This document shows, in pieces, positions 42,746 through 56,448 of a stretch of 64,000 nt of DNA. The stretch is from an uncultured Acidimicrobiales bacterium. GTDB taxonomy: Bacteria > Actinomycetota > Acidimicrobiia > Acidimicrobiales > SZUA-35. The notes below the pieces were generated by a model. The model was not told the origin of the DNA and searched no databases. It saw only the letters and a list, made by a program, of their open reading frames with translations. How positions within the stretch are numbered: the stretch's first letter is position 1; each line of letters begins with the position of its first letter. The stretch covers positions 15,075-79,074 of the forward strand of contig CAWCAF010000037.1 of NCBI GenBank assembly GCA_963793385.1, written 5' to 3'. A program made the translations under genes and the position numbers.

Positions 42746-43642
42746 TCAGTTGTCCAGCAGCCGGGCATCCAGTGTCTCGGCACGATGGGTTCCCGCCATG
42801 AACCAGCCTAGGGATCGGGTGAGCGCCAGGGCCGTGGGTCGCACCGCCAACGGTTCGAGAACCGGCGGGACCGGCAGCCGCAACATGCGCTGGGCATAAC
42901 CCGGGAGCGAGCCGACCGCCGCCGCGAAGATCACTGCGTAGGGCGCACGACCGAGCAGCGGCAGATCCGGAGGTGCTGCAAGGAACCGCACCGAACGACG
43001 AGCGGCTGGAGTGGATTCGAGTTCAGTGCGGTACGACTCGATGGTCTCGCCCAACTCGGCGGCGGACATCGGGATGTCGTCGACACCGAGACGTCGGGCG
43101 ACTCGGGACATCTCGGCCACATACGAGTCCCTCTCAGCATCGGTCAACCGGCCAAAGCCATATCGGCCGAAGCTGTCCAGGAAGCTGTCCACCTCGATGA
43201 CGTGCACCCAACGGAGGAGATGGGGGTCGGCCGCAGAATAGGCACGACCGGCCGGATCCACCCCCTCGATCCTGCGGTGGATGCGGCGCACGGCGGCGAT
43301 CGTTTGTTCGGCTGTCGATGTCGAGCCGAACGTGGTTGCACCGATGAAACGGCCGGTTCTATTCAGCCGACCCCAGGGATCTCGCCGATAGTCGGAGTGC
43401 TCGTCGACGCCGGCCATCGCCAGCGGATGAAGCGACTGGAACAACAGGCTCCGTACGCCGCCCACGAGCATCGAGGCGTCGCTGTGAATCCGCCACGTGG
43501 CGCTGGCGGGCCCGAACAAGCCGGGATCATCGGCGTTGGCGAGCTCGGAAGGATCCAGCTCCTCCTCACCGGTGATCCGCTGCCGCAGCGCCTCGCCACC
43601 GAGGCGTTGAAGAAGCCCGAGGGCCTCGCCTACAACCGTCAT
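42746..43642 (-). CDS. MpaB/DUF2236-family oxygenase-like protein
   Basis: GLFGPASATWRIH, QSLHPLAMAGVDEHSDY..DPWGRL.RT, VRRIH and YSAADPHLLRWVH. ATG 43642 lies 6 nt below TACGTT. Confidence 0.88.
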   Translation of the reverse strand: MTVVGEALGLLQRLGGEALRQRITGEEELDPSELANADDPGLFGPASATWRIHSDASMLVGGVRSLLFQSLHPLAMAGVDEHSDYRRDPWGRLNRTGRFIGATTFGSTSTAEQTIAAVRRIHRRIEGVDPAGRAYSAADPHLLRWVHVIEVDSFLDSFGRYGFGRLTDAERDSYVAEMSRVARRLGVDDIPMSAAELGETIESYRTELESTPAARRSVRFLAAPPDLPLLGRAPYAVIFAAAVGSLPGYAQRMLRLPVPPVLEPLAVRPTALALTRSLGWFMAGTHRAETLDARLLDN

Positions 43643-43755
43643 GACTCCAACGTACCCAGAGGTCGTGGTACCGGGGCAGTCGGGCGCACCGACTCGTCGA
43701 GTGCCATCACCTCCTCGTCGACAACCACGCCTGCGCCAACTAGCGGTCTCGTGCC

Positions 43756-45313
43756 TCAGTAGGGGTGGCTGCTGACGAACTCCGGGGACGACCCGATCCA
43801 CCGGACCACGCCACCCCGATCGATTTGGCCGCCTGCCAGCTTGTCGAGCCAGTACTCGTAGCCCGCAGGGTCGGCGGGGCGACCGAGCACGTTGAGGTAA
43901 GTGACCTCGAGGAATCGGCGATTCGACAGTCGCCCGTACGTGGACACATATTCTCCTGAGGTGGCAAACGCCTGGGCGATGCTGTCCAGCGAGCGACCGG
44001 ACCTGAAGACCGAGATCCAATGCTTCGCTCCCCCGACGTCGGGTTGGCGGTTGAAGAAGGCCCAATACAAGCGAAGGACTGGGCCGTAGCGGGCGTCATA
44101 GTCGTCAGCGGCGACCAGTTCGGCCAGCGTCGTCGCGTCAGCCATGCGCGAACCCGTTGCGACGTCGACTTCGAGGGTTCGGGTTTCGCCAGATCGTGAC
44201 ACACTCGTGACCGTCACCCTGTCGAACGAGGTCCCACCCGGAATCACGTGCTCCTCGACGGCGCCGACCAGATCGATCGCACCCACCTCAGTCCCGCGCC
44301 AGCTGATCACCACCCGCATGATGTGGGGTGGCGTCGCAAGCCCGCCGAGGTCCACCGCCCACCGGACCGTAGATCCGCGTGGCCCGGTGTCGACCCGGAC
44401 GTCTGTCGGGTCGGCCGGGCCGGTGAGGACCGGGTAGCCGAGCTGGGCGAGCGCGCCGATCACGGGAGCGTCGAGCCTGCGGGCGACACCGCTCACGAGG
44501 CCGGCATACATCAGAGCGCCCGGCTCGCCATCGGTAGCGGATGTGGCATAGCCGAAATGGGACACACCCTGACCGGTGTCGGACTTCAGCGGTAGGAGGC
44601 GCCCACCGCCGACGTCGAACCACACGTCATCGCGGTCGAACGCAGAGTCCTGACCATCGGGCCCGAGATCGACGAGAGGTCGGCCGCTGGAGAAAAGGTT
44701 GCGGTCGAACTGCGACGACCTGCCCGTGAGCACGATTCGACCGGCCGCATCGGTGGTGGTGTCGATCGTGAATCCGAGAGCGTGGACGAGTTCGTGAGTG
44801 AACGCCGTACGAAAGTCGAATCGATCCGCTGGCACGTTCCCGTCAAGACCGAAGTACCATCGCTGCCCCGCGTCCATGGTCACGAAGCCATCGGCCGGAC
44901 CACTGGCGTGCTGCCCACCGAAGAGGGTGTCGGCAAGACCGGCGGGGTACTCCTCGCCGCCTCTGCGGACGATCACCGGACCGCCGACGCCGAGGGCCGA
45001 CATGTCCCTCCAGCCGATACCAATCTGTACTGGCGCCGCCGGATCGAACGCGATCGAGCGCGCCGAGCTCGGCCATGACGTCGGTGACGACCGTCCTCGC
45101 CCGATCCGGTACCTCGCCGTCGAAAAACGCCACCAGACCGAGGGCCGGATCCGGTCCCGATGGTGCGACACGGGCGACCGAAGAGGACGCTTCGGAAGGT
45201 GGCGCCACCACCACGCTGGCCGAAAGCATCGCCAGCAGCATGAGCCACACGCGCGCAGCAGAAACTGACCGTCGAGGCGGCAACTGATTCTGGTGTTGGG
45301 GTCGACGTTGCAT
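43756..45313 (-). CDS. Secreted zincin-like protein with C-terminal DUF4214-like domain (paralog of 38828-41153); frameshifted, start uncertain
   Basis: THELVHALGF, GVSHF, EPGALM...RRLDAPVIGAL and VLRLYWAFFNRQPDVGGAKHW. Confidence 0.72.
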
Positions 45314-45413
45314 TTGCGTCGCGGGACCGGCTCCCACACGAGCATCCAAGCAGCTCAATCTCCTACCCGTTCAGAGCAGTTGTGCCCAGAGCCGACCGAG
45401 CGATCGGCGACCT

Positions 45414-45955
45414 TCAATACGCCCGCGCTTCTCCGGCGGCGAAAGTGATCATGCTGGCAGGAAACCCGGCCGAGAACCTCTGGACGGTCGTCGGCTCCCA
45501 TCCGGCCGACCGGAGCTCCCTGGGCATGTCCCGATGGAACGACAGTCCAAGTCGTTTGAAGAGGACGACCCGGCCGATCGACTGGGCCCTCCCGGCCAGA
45601 CCGACACCGGCGGTCGGGTCGACGAAAAACAACCGGGATTCCGGCGGTGCGGCCAACCTCAAGCTCCGCAGAAACGCAGGTGAGGCCTCCGCTCGCCACA
45701 GCGCCAGATAACACGCAAGCGAAACCGGTTCGGTCTGGGACTCCAGCCAGGCCCGCCCATCGGTCAGCGAAGACAACCGGACTGAGAACTGGTCGAAGCC
45801 AGCCTCGTTCACCGGATCGTCCGCCTCGTGGGCCACGCCCGACACCAAACACGACGGAGAGGTCAGATTCTGCAGAACCTTCAGGAACGGTCCGATCAGT
45901 TCGTTGCGGGGTACCCCGATGCGGCCCGCGCGAAGCATCGGATACTCTCCGACCA

Positions 45956-45956
<1 letters not shown>
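45414..45956 (-). CDS. Hypothetical protein resembling a degenerate class I methyltransferase
   Basis: GTG overlaps the lysC stop. The C-terminal half LR..APPESRLFFVD...FHRDM...LRSAGW recalls the Methyltransf_11 tail, but there is no clear GxG motif. Confidence 0.55.
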
Positions 45957-48720
<2,764 letters not shown>

Positions 48721-48748
48721 GCGGGCGTGATCAAGTAGCCTTTCGCCG

Positions 48749-49615
48749 GTGGGAACCGAGAAACGAGAACGGCAAAAGGCCAACAGAGCGGCCAAACGAG
48801 AACGAGACATGGCCAGCCAGCGGTCGGCCGATCGCCGTAGCCGAATCACACTGTTCGCGATCATCGGACTCTTCGTCTTCGCAGCACTCATGCTGTTCCG
48901 GTTCTTCGGCAACGACGACACCGACGAAGTGATCGACGCTTCCGAAACCACGACGACTACGACAACCGCCACGACGATCGACCCCGCAGCACCCACACCG
49001 ATCGCCGTCACCGTCCCTGAACCGGGAGGCACGATCACGGGCGACACGCCGTGTCCGGCCGAAGACGGGTCCTCGGAACGGATCACATCATTCGAATCGG
49101 CACCGCCGATGTGCATCGACTCCGCAGCAACCTATGTCGCCGACATCGAAACGACAAAGGGCACATTCACCGTCGAGCTCGACGCGCCGTCCGCGCCGAT
49201 GACCGTCAACAACTTCGTCGTGCTCGCCCGATACCACTACTACGACGGGGTCGCTTTCCATCGGATCATCCCCGGCTTCGTCGTGCAGGGCGGCGACGCC
49301 GTCGGTCCGACCCCAGGGTCGGGCGGACCCGGCTACCAGTTCGACGACGAACTCCCAGAGGCCGATGAAGCCACCGGCCTGTCGTATGCCCAAGGCGACG
49401 TCGCCATGGCCAACAGCGGCGAGAACACCAATGGTGCACAATTCTTCGTCGTCACCGGCGCTCAAGGCGAGTCACTACCACCTCTCTACTCCCGCTTCGG
49501 GCGGGTCACCGCCGGATTGGATGTCGTGATGGCGATCGAAGCCGCCGGTTCACCCGACCCGGGAACCCCGACCGAAGAGATCAGCATCGAATCGATCGCG
49601 ATCAGCCAGCGATAG
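48749..49615 (+). CDS. ppiB: Membrane-anchored cyclophilin-type peptidyl-prolyl isomerase
   Basis: APMTVNNF, YYDGVAFHRIIPGFVVQGGD and VAMANSGENTNGAQFF, with an N-terminal TM helix. TAGCCT is 7 nt upstream of the GTG. Confidence 0.9.
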   Translation: MGTEKRERQKANRAAKRERDMASQRSADRRSRITLFAIIGLFVFAALMLFRFFGNDDTDEVIDASETTTTTTTATTIDPAAPTPIAVTVPEPGGTITGDTPCPAEDGSSERITSFESAPPMCIDSAATYVADIETTKGTFTVELDAPSAPMTVNNFVVLARYHYYDGVAFHRIIPGFVVQGGDAVGPTPGSGGPGYQFDDELPEADEATGLSYAQGDVAMANSGENTNGAQFFVVTGAQGESLPPLYSRFGRVTAGLDVVMAIEAAGSPDPGTPTEEISIESIAISQR

Positions 49616-49696
49616 CGGCGACGTGGACGACCCGGGCGACCACCGGATCATGAGGCGATTTCACCCACGCTCCGACTCATGTTACCGTTCGGTCAC

Positions 49697-50557
49697 ATGA
49701 GCACCGAACGGGGAAAGATCGCAGTCATCGGGTCGGGAATCATGGGGGCCGGCATCGCCGAAGTGGCCGCCACGGCGGGATACGACGTCGTGATCAAGGC
49801 TCGGAGCGTCTCCAGCGCCGAGGGAGCGATGGCCCGCGTGCGCAAATCGCTCGACCGCCGTGTCCGCAAAGAGCAGATCACCTCCGACGAAGCCGCCGAC
49901 ATCGAAGGGCGGATCGGATCGACCACCTCCTACGACGAACTCGGCGACGTCGACATCGCGATCGAATCCGTGGCCGAGGACATGGAGATCAAACGCGAGA
50001 TCTTCTCCGAACTCGATCGCGTCTGTTCACCGGAGGCCATCCTGGCCACCAACACCTCCACCCTGCCGATCACAGAACTGGCGATCGGCACCTCCGGACC
50101 GGGCCGGGTCTGCGGGATTCACTTCTTCAATCCGGCGACTGCAATGGAACTGGTCGAAGTCGTCGTGCCGGACATCGCCGACCAGAGCACCGCCGATGCC
50201 GCCGTCGAGTTCGTCACCGAATGCGGCAAACAGGCCGTTCGGGTCAAGGACCGGGCAGGCTTCGTCGTCAACGCACTCCTGTTTCCCTATCTCAACAACG
50301 CCGCTCGAATGGCGGCTGCGGGTACCGCCAGCCGCGAGGACATCGACATCGCGATGAAGGGCGGCTGCAACATGCCGATGGGTCCCTTGGCACTTCTCGA
50401 CCTGGTCGGCCTGGACACATCCGTCGCCATCCTCAACACGCTCGCCGAGGCGTTCAAGGAGCCGAGCTACGAACCGGCACCTCTCATGTCCGAGCTGGTC
50501 GAGGCCGGGCATCTCGGCCGCAAGACCGGACGGGGATTCTTCGACTACGAGGAGTAA
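49697..50557 (+). CDS. hbd: 3-hydroxybutyryl-CoA (3-hydroxyacyl-CoA) dehydrogenase
   Basis: VIGSGIMGAGIA, LATNTSTLPI, GIHFFNPA, PMGPLALLDLVGLD and GRKTGRGF. Confidence 0.9.
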   Translation: MSTERGKIAVIGSGIMGAGIAEVAATAGYDVVIKARSVSSAEGAMARVRKSLDRRVRKEQITSDEAADIEGRIGSTTSYDELGDVDIAIESVAEDMEIKREIFSELDRVCSPEAILATNTSTLPITELAIGTSGPGRVCGIHFFNPATAMELVEVVVPDIADQSTADAAVEFVTECGKQAVRVKDRAGFVVNALLFPYLNNAARMAAAGTASREDIDIAMKGGCNMPMGPLALLDLVGLDTSVAILNTLAEAFKEPSYEPAPLMSELVEAGHLGRKTGRGFFDYEE

Positions 50558-50560
50558 TCG

Positions 50561-51272
50561 ATCAGGCAGCGAACCCCCCACGACCAATGGCGGTTCCCGC
50601 CGCTCGAAGAACTCCCGACCTCGGTCGAGATGATTCGGGTCCCGGCCGATCTGAGCGTCTCGTCCCTCGTCGCCGCCTATCGGGCCGGGTATTTTCCGAT
50701 GCCGGTCCGTCGTCGGATCGCATGGTTCTCTCCCGACCCGCGGGGCATCCTGCTCGCCGGGCCATCTCCGGATCAACCGATCGCTGGCACGATCGGTCCG
50801 TCGGTACGAGATCAGGATCGACACCGCCTTCAGCGAGGTGATCCAGGCCTGTGGCGACCCGGCCCGGCCGATGGGATGGATCAACCGAGCCATCATCGAC
50901 GCCTTCATCGATCTTCATCACGCCGGCCATGCGCACTGCATCGAAGCCTGGGACGATGAGGGTCTGGCCGGCGGGCTGTATGGGGTGTCGATCGGAGGTT
51001 TCTTCGCCGGCGAGTCCATGTTCTACCGCCGAACCGACGCATCGAAGGTGGCACTCGTCGCACTGGCCGCCATCCTGGCCCCGGTTCCCGGTTCGGTCAT
51101 CGACACACAGTGGACGACCGACCACCTCGTCAGTCTCGGCGCCTTTGACGTCACCCGTGACGATTACGCAACACTGCTCCACAACGCCGTGGAGCATGCA
51201 AGTCCCCACGAGTTCGGTGCACCTTTGCACCCACCCCCAGAGGAGGATAGATGGCCGATCGACCATGGTTGA
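50561..51272 (+). CDS. aat: Leucyl/phenylalanyl-tRNA--protein transferase; frameshifted, start uncertain
   Basis: AAYRAGYFPMP, WFSPDPRG, GHAHCIEAW, GGLYGV..GGFFAGESMF..TDASKVAL and DTQWTTDHL.SLGA. Confidence 0.9.
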
Positions 51273-53197
51273 TGCGTACCTACTCGGGACACTCGACCGC
51301 CCGAGCATCGAACGAGCTGTACCGGACCAACCTGGCCAAGGGCCAGACCGGTCTGTCGATCGCGTTCGATCTGCCCACCCAAACCGGCTACGACCCCGAC
51401 CACATCCTGGCCCAGGGCGAGGTCGGCAAGGTCGGTGTCCCGATCGCCCATCGGGGCAACATGGCTGCACTCCTCGAGGGGATTCCGCTCGACGAGATGA
51501 ACACGTCGATGACGATCAACGCCCCCGCGGCCTGGCTTCTGGCGCTGTACCTGGTCGACCGCCGAGAAACAGGGGGCCGACTGGACCAGACTCCGGGGAA
51601 CCACCCAGAACGACATCGTCAAGGAATACCTGAGCCGGGGGACCTTCATCTTCGGGCCCGAGGACAGTCGCCGTCTGACCGTCGATCTCTTCGCGTTCTG
51701 CTCCGAGCACGTTCCCGCCTGGAACCCGATGAACGTCTGCAGCTACCACCTGCAAGAGGCCGGGGCCACCCCGGTCCAGGAGATCGCCTATTCCCTCGCC
51801 ACCGCCATCGACGTCCTCGATGCGATCAAGGCATCCGATCAGGTGGACGACGACCGCTTCACAAGGATCGTCGCCAGCGTCAGCTTCTTCGTGAACAGCG
51901 GAATCCGGTTCGTGGAGGAAGTCGCCAAGATGCGGGCCTTCACCCAACTCTGGGCTCAACTGCTCACCGACCGGTACGGAATCACCGATGAAAAGGCCAA
52001 ACGGTTCCGCTACGGCGTCCAGGTCAACAGTCTCGGGCTTGACCGAGGCCCAGCCCGAGAACAACGTGCAGCGCATCGTGCTCGAGATGCTCGGGGTGAC
52101 CCTGTCCGCAGATGCCCGGGCTCGGTCGCTGCAGCTGCCCGCCTGGAACGAGGCACTCGGTCTGCCACGGCCGTGGGATCAGCAGTGGTCGCTACGGATG
52201 CAGCAGGTGCTCGCCTACGAGACCGACCTGCTCGAATACGACGACATCTTCACCGGCTCGGTTGTCATGGAGCGCAAGACGGCTGATCTGGTGGAGGCCG
52301 CCATGGCCGAATTCGACCGACGTCCAGGAACTCGGCGGAGCGTTCAGCGCCATCGCCGAACTGAAACGAAGGCTGGTACAGAGTCCATGCCGCCCGTATC
52401 CGCCGTATCGAGTCCGGTGACCAAAAGGTCGTCGGGGTCAACGGCTTCACCGAATCGGCCGAGTCGCCGCTCGGGACGTCGGACAACATCCTGGTCGTCG
52501 ATCACGCCGTCGAGGCGGAGATGATCGCCGATCTCGAGGCATGGCGCCGCGGCCGGGACTCCGGCGCCGTCGAAGAAGCGCTGTCCGCGCTCGCGGCGGC
52601 AGCCACGGGGACCGACAACATCATGCCGGCCACGATCGCTCTGGCCCGAGCGGGCGGGACCACCGGAGAGTGGGCTGGATGCCTGCGAGAGGTGTTCGGT
52701 GAATACCGGGCTCCCACCGGGGTTGGCAGCAGCCGGCGGCACACCGACCAGTGCCAAGCTCAGGGAGCTGGCCGAACGGATCGGCGCCGACCCGCTCGGA
52801 CCTCCACGCTTGCTGGTGGCCAAACCGGGCCTCGACGGTCACAGCAACGGTGCCGAGCAGATCGCCATCGCCGCCCGCGACGCAGGGATGGAGGTGATCT
52901 ACCAGGGGATCCGGCTCACGCCGGACCCAGATCGCCGTCGCCGCCCGCGACGAAGACGTCGATGCGATCGGGCTCAGCATCCTTTCGGGCAGTCATCGGC
53001 ACCTCGTCCCCGAGACCGTTCAGGCGATCCGGTCCGAGGGTGTCGATGCACCCATCGTCGTCGGAGGCATCATCCCGCCCGAGGACCACGAACCGCTCCG
53101 TTCGGCCGGCGTCGCCGCAATCTTCACGCCCAAGGACTACGACATCGGCCATATCATCACCGAGCTGTACGAGCTGATTCGAGCCCACAGGAGCTGA
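51251..53197 (+). CDS. meaA: B12-dependent mutase MeaA (ethylmalonyl-CoA mutase-like); frameshifted
   Basis: [64 protein letters not shown] and B12-binding [14 protein letters not shown]. Confidence 0.92.
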
Positions 53198-53244
53198 CCT
53201 CCACTAACCTACAGTTCTGTGCAGATCCGCCGATGGTTAGACCG

Positions 53245-54012
53245 ATGAACGGTCGCTCTGCCCTGCCCGGTCTCATGACCGGTGTCCTGTCGCTCGTGAC
53301 AGGGTTGATCGCGGTCTCCTTCGGGGAGACGATCTTTGCTGGCGTGGCCGGACTGCTCGGGTTGGCCGCCGGCGTGGCCGGCGTCCGGCTCGCTCAACAA
53401 CTCGATGAGCAGGCCGCCATTCAGCGCCTGGTCGAAGACGAACTACGGGCCGTGCGCTCCGAGAGTCAGGAAACCCAGGAACGGCTCCAGTCCGAGCTCG
53501 ATGCGGTCGCCTTTGGTGAGGTGTCGGGAGCCGGAACCCCTGATGCGCTGACCGACTCGTCGACGGGCCTGTTCAGCGAGAACTTCTTCAACGTTGCGAT
53601 CGAGAGCCGTATCGCGGCGGCCCGCCGACATCTGCGTCCCGTCGCCGTCGTGCTACTCGAAGTTGTCGAGGGTTTACCCGAAACCGATCCCTTCGAGGCC
53701 GAACCCGAACTGGTGGCCGAGGCGGTGCGTGTGACGCTGCGGGAAGCGGACACCGCATGCCGACTCCGCAACGGCTACTTCGCCCTGCTCCTCGAAGACA
53801 CGCCCGAGAACGGCGCCATCTGGACCGTCGAACGGATCCGACGTCAAATCCTGACCACCCGCAGCGGCTTCACCCTCTGGGCGGGCGTGGCCTGCTACCC
53901 CGCCCACGCCTTCGGTGTGAACGAGATCATGGACGCTGCAGAGACAGCACTCGAATCGGCTCGGGAGTGGCGCCAGGACCGCATCGAGGTCGCCGTCGCC
54001 GCCAACGACTGA
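53245..54012 (+). CDS. Two-TM, coiled-coil, degenerate GGDEF-domain protein
   Basis: [11 protein letters not shown] (cf. DxLTGL.N) and [22 protein letters not shown], i.e. RxxD plus 5 residues followed by RNGYF in place of GGDEF. Confidence 0.82.
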   Translation: MNGRSALPGLMTGVLSLVTGLIAVSFGETIFAGVAGLLGLAAGVAGVRLAQQLDEQAAIQRLVEDELRAVRSESQETQERLQSELDAVAFGEVSGAGTPDALTDSSTGLFSENFFNVAIESRIAAARRHLRPVAVVLLEVVEGLPETDPFEAEPELVAEAVRVTLREADTACRLRNGYFALLLEDTPENGAIWTVERIRRQILTTRSGFTLWAGVACYPAHAFGVNEIMDAAETALESAREWRQDRIEVAVAAND

Positions 54013-54042
54013 ATCAGCGACGATCGCACTTCGACCAACGGG

Positions 54043-54213
54043 TCAACGACGGCGGAACCGAGACGCCCGATGCCACCATCGACCGCTGAAGCGCCACTCC
54101 GAAGCCGGCGACGACGGCTCGGCGGGCGACGGGTTCGACGGCGTGATCAGCAGCGCAGCCGCGATGGCAGCGGCCTCTTCGTCGCTTGGCTGAGGTGTGA
54201 TCAGAGTTCGCAC
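54043..54213 (-). CDS. Acyl-CoA carboxylase epsilon subunit (AccE/PccE-like), 56 aa, absent from the ORF track
   Basis: AGGAG RBS and GTG 7 nt after the pccB stop. Translation MRTLITPQPSDEEAAAIAAALL...SEWRFSGRWWHRASRFRRR. Confidence 0.75.
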   Translation of the reverse strand: MRTLITPQPSDEEAAAIAAALLITPSNPSPAEPSSPASEWRFSGRWWHRASRFRRR

Positions 54214-54220
54214 CGGTCTC

Positions 54221-55771
54221 CTACAGCGGGACGTTGCCGTGTTTGCGGGCCGGGAGCTCTTCCTTCTTGGTCCGAAGCATCTCGAACCCGGCGATGAGCT
54301 TGCGTCGAGTGTCGCGGGGAGCGATCACATCGTCGACATAGCCCCGCTCGGCAGCGATCCACGGGTTGGCGTATTCGGTCTTGTACTTCTCGATCAACTC
54401 GGTACGTTTGGCCACCGGGTCCGCCGCCGACTGGATCTCACGGCGGTAGACGATGTCGGTGGCCCCCTCGGGACCCATCACCGCCAGTTCGGCGGAAGGC
54501 CAGGCAAACGACAGATCCGAGCCGATCCCCTTGGAGTCCATGACCACATACGCACCGCCATACGCCTTGCGGGTGATCACCTGAATCCGCGGCACGGTGG
54601 CCTCGCAATAGGCGTACAGCAGCTTGGCGCCGTGGCGGATGATGCCCCCGTACTCCTGATCGACACCGGGGAGGAAACCGGGCACGTCGACCAACGTGAC
54701 CAGCGGAATGTTGAACGCGTCGCACGTGCGGACGAAACGAGCCGCTTTGGACGACGACTCGATGTCCAGAACACCGGCCAGGACCATCGGCTGGTTGGCG
54801 ACCACTCCTACCGGATGGCCGTCGAGCCGCCCGAACCCGCAGACGATGCTCGGGGCCCAGGCCGCGTGGTACTCGCAGAAGTCGCCGTCATCCAGGATCG
54901 ACACGATCGCCTGCCTCATGTCGTAGGGCTGGTTCGACGACGGCGGAAGGAGGGTGTCGAGTTCGTCGCAGCTCCGGTCAGGATCATCGCCGGGTTGTTC
55001 GTGGGGCGCATCCTCCATGTTGTTGCTCGGCAGAAAACCGAGAACGTAGCGAACGTCGTCGAGCACGGCCTTTTCGTCGGCGGCGGTGAACGTGGCCACC
55101 CCTGACTTGCTGGAGTGGCTACCCGCACCGCCGAGTTCCTCCAGGGTCACCTCCTCACCCGTGACCGTTTTCACCACTTCGGGGCCGGTGATGAACATGT
55201 GGCTCGTGCCCCGGACCATGAAGATGAAATCGGTCATCGCCGGGCTGTACACCGCACCGCCGGCGCAGGGGCCCATGATGACGCTGATCTGGGGCACGAC
55301 CCCGGAGGCCTGGACATTTCTGTAGAAGATCCCGCCGTAGCCGTCGAGGCTGACGACCCCCTCGGGTATTCGAGCGCCGGCACCATCGTTGAGGCCGATG
55401 ACCGGAGCACCCACCGAGGTGGCCAGGTCCATGAGCTTGTGCATCTTCGCAGCGAACGTTTCGCCCAGGGAGCCGCCCATGATCGTGAAGTCCTGGCTCG
55501 ACACGAACACCTTGCGACCGTCGATCAGTCCCCATCCCGTGATGACACCATCGGTGTAGGGGCGCGAGGTGGCGTGTTTGTTGCTCGAGCGGGCCAGCAG
55601 ATCGAGTTCGTGAAACGAACCTTCGTCGAGCAGGTACTCGATTCGTTCCCGAGCCAGCATCTTGCCTTTGGCGTGTTGCCGCTCGATCGCTCGGTCGGGG
55701 CCTCCCTTGAGCGCCTCGGCCTTCCGCTCCTCGAGATCCTTCAGCTTGGCCTGCAAAGGTGTGTCAACCAC
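54221..55771 (-). CDS. pccB: Acyl-CoA (propionyl-CoA) carboxylase beta subunit
   Basis: QHAKGKMLARERI, QDFTIMGGSLG, GPCAGGAVYSPAMTDF, DVPGFLPG and RKAYGGAY. Confidence 0.92.
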   Translation of the reverse strand: MVDTPLQAKLKDLEERKAEALKGGPDRAIERQHAKGKMLARERIEYLLDEGSFHELDLLARSSNKHATSRPYTDGVITGWGLIDGRKVFVSSQDFTIMGGSLGETFAAKMHKLMDLATSVGAPVIGLNDGAGARIPEGVVSLDGYGGIFYRNVQASGVVPQISVIMGPCAGGAVYSPAMTDFIFMVRGTSHMFITGPEVVKTVTGEEVTLEELGGAGSHSSKSGVATFTAADEKAVLDDVRYVLGFLPSNNMEDAPHEQPGDDPDRSCDELDTLLPPSSNQPYDMRQAIVSILDDGDFCEYHAAWAPSIVCGFGRLDGHPVGVVANQPMVLAGVLDIESSSKAARFVRTCDAFNIPLVTLVDVPGFLPGVDQEYGGIIRHGAKLLYAYCEATVPRIQVITRKAYGGAYVVMDSKGIGSDLSFAWPSAELAVMGPEGATDIVYRREIQSAADPVAKRTELIEKYKTEYANPWIAAERGYVDDVIAPRDTRRKLIAGFEMLRTKKEELPARKHGNVPL

Positions 55772-55926
55772 GGATCCACAGGGTAGTGGAACCAGTCCCG
55801 AGCACCCCTTTCGCCAATGGACAAGATGACGGGTCCGCGAGCGGCGACCTCACCGGGCTCCGGCCGCTTCGAAACCTGGTGCCGCGTCCGACCTTTGCAC
55901 CACCGCTGTAGCACAATGGTCCCCAC

Positions 55927-56448
55927 ATGAGCACTGAAGCGATGTCGCTCTTCTTCGCGCTCCTCAGCCTCCTGGTCGTGGCCGGAATCGTCGGTATTTG
56001 TGTCGACGCCATCACCTCGCGCCCGCTCGGGGTGATCAAGACAATCAAGCCGATCTCGTTGGAGATGGCGGCTGCGATCGCCACCACCTCGATGCTCGGA
56101 TCCTTGTATATGTCCGAGATCGCCAACTTCACGCCCTGCCGGCTGTGCTGGGTGCAGCGGTACTTCATGTACCCGGCCGCGATCCTCCTGATCATCGCGG
56201 TCGTGACCAAACGCCACACGCTGAAATGGGTGGCGTTCGGGCTGTCGGCGATCGGCCTGCCCGTCTCGCTGTACCATCGCTACGACCAGGCGTCGGGCCA
56301 CGGTGGCACCTTCTGCGATGTGGACAACCCATGTTCGGTGAGGTGGGTGAACGAGTTCGGGTTCATCACGATCCCCACCATGGCAGCGATCGGGTTCGTC
56401 GGCGTGTTGACCCTGATTCTCCTCCATTCACGAAAGGCTGACGAATGA
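55927..56448 (+). CDS. dsbB: Disulfide bond formation protein B (BdbC-like)
   Basis: PCRLCWVQRYFMYP, a second Cys pair (FCDVDNPC), FITIPTMA and multiple TM helices. Confidence 0.88.
   Translation: MSTEAMSLFFALLSLLVVAGIVGICVDAITSRPLGVIKTIKPISLEMAAAIATTSMLGSLYMSEIANFTPCRLCWVQRYFMYPAAILLIIAVVTKRHTLKWVAFGLSAIGLPVSLYHRYDQASGHGGTFCDVDNPCSVRWVNEFGFITIPTMAAIGFVGVLTLILLHSRKADE

Noticed and set aside
52699-54012. Apparent B12-binding domain-GGDEF fusion (437 aa)
   Set aside because: It is a frameshift artefact. The MeaA B12 domain continues in another frame to a stop at 53197, and the GGDEF gene starts at 53245.
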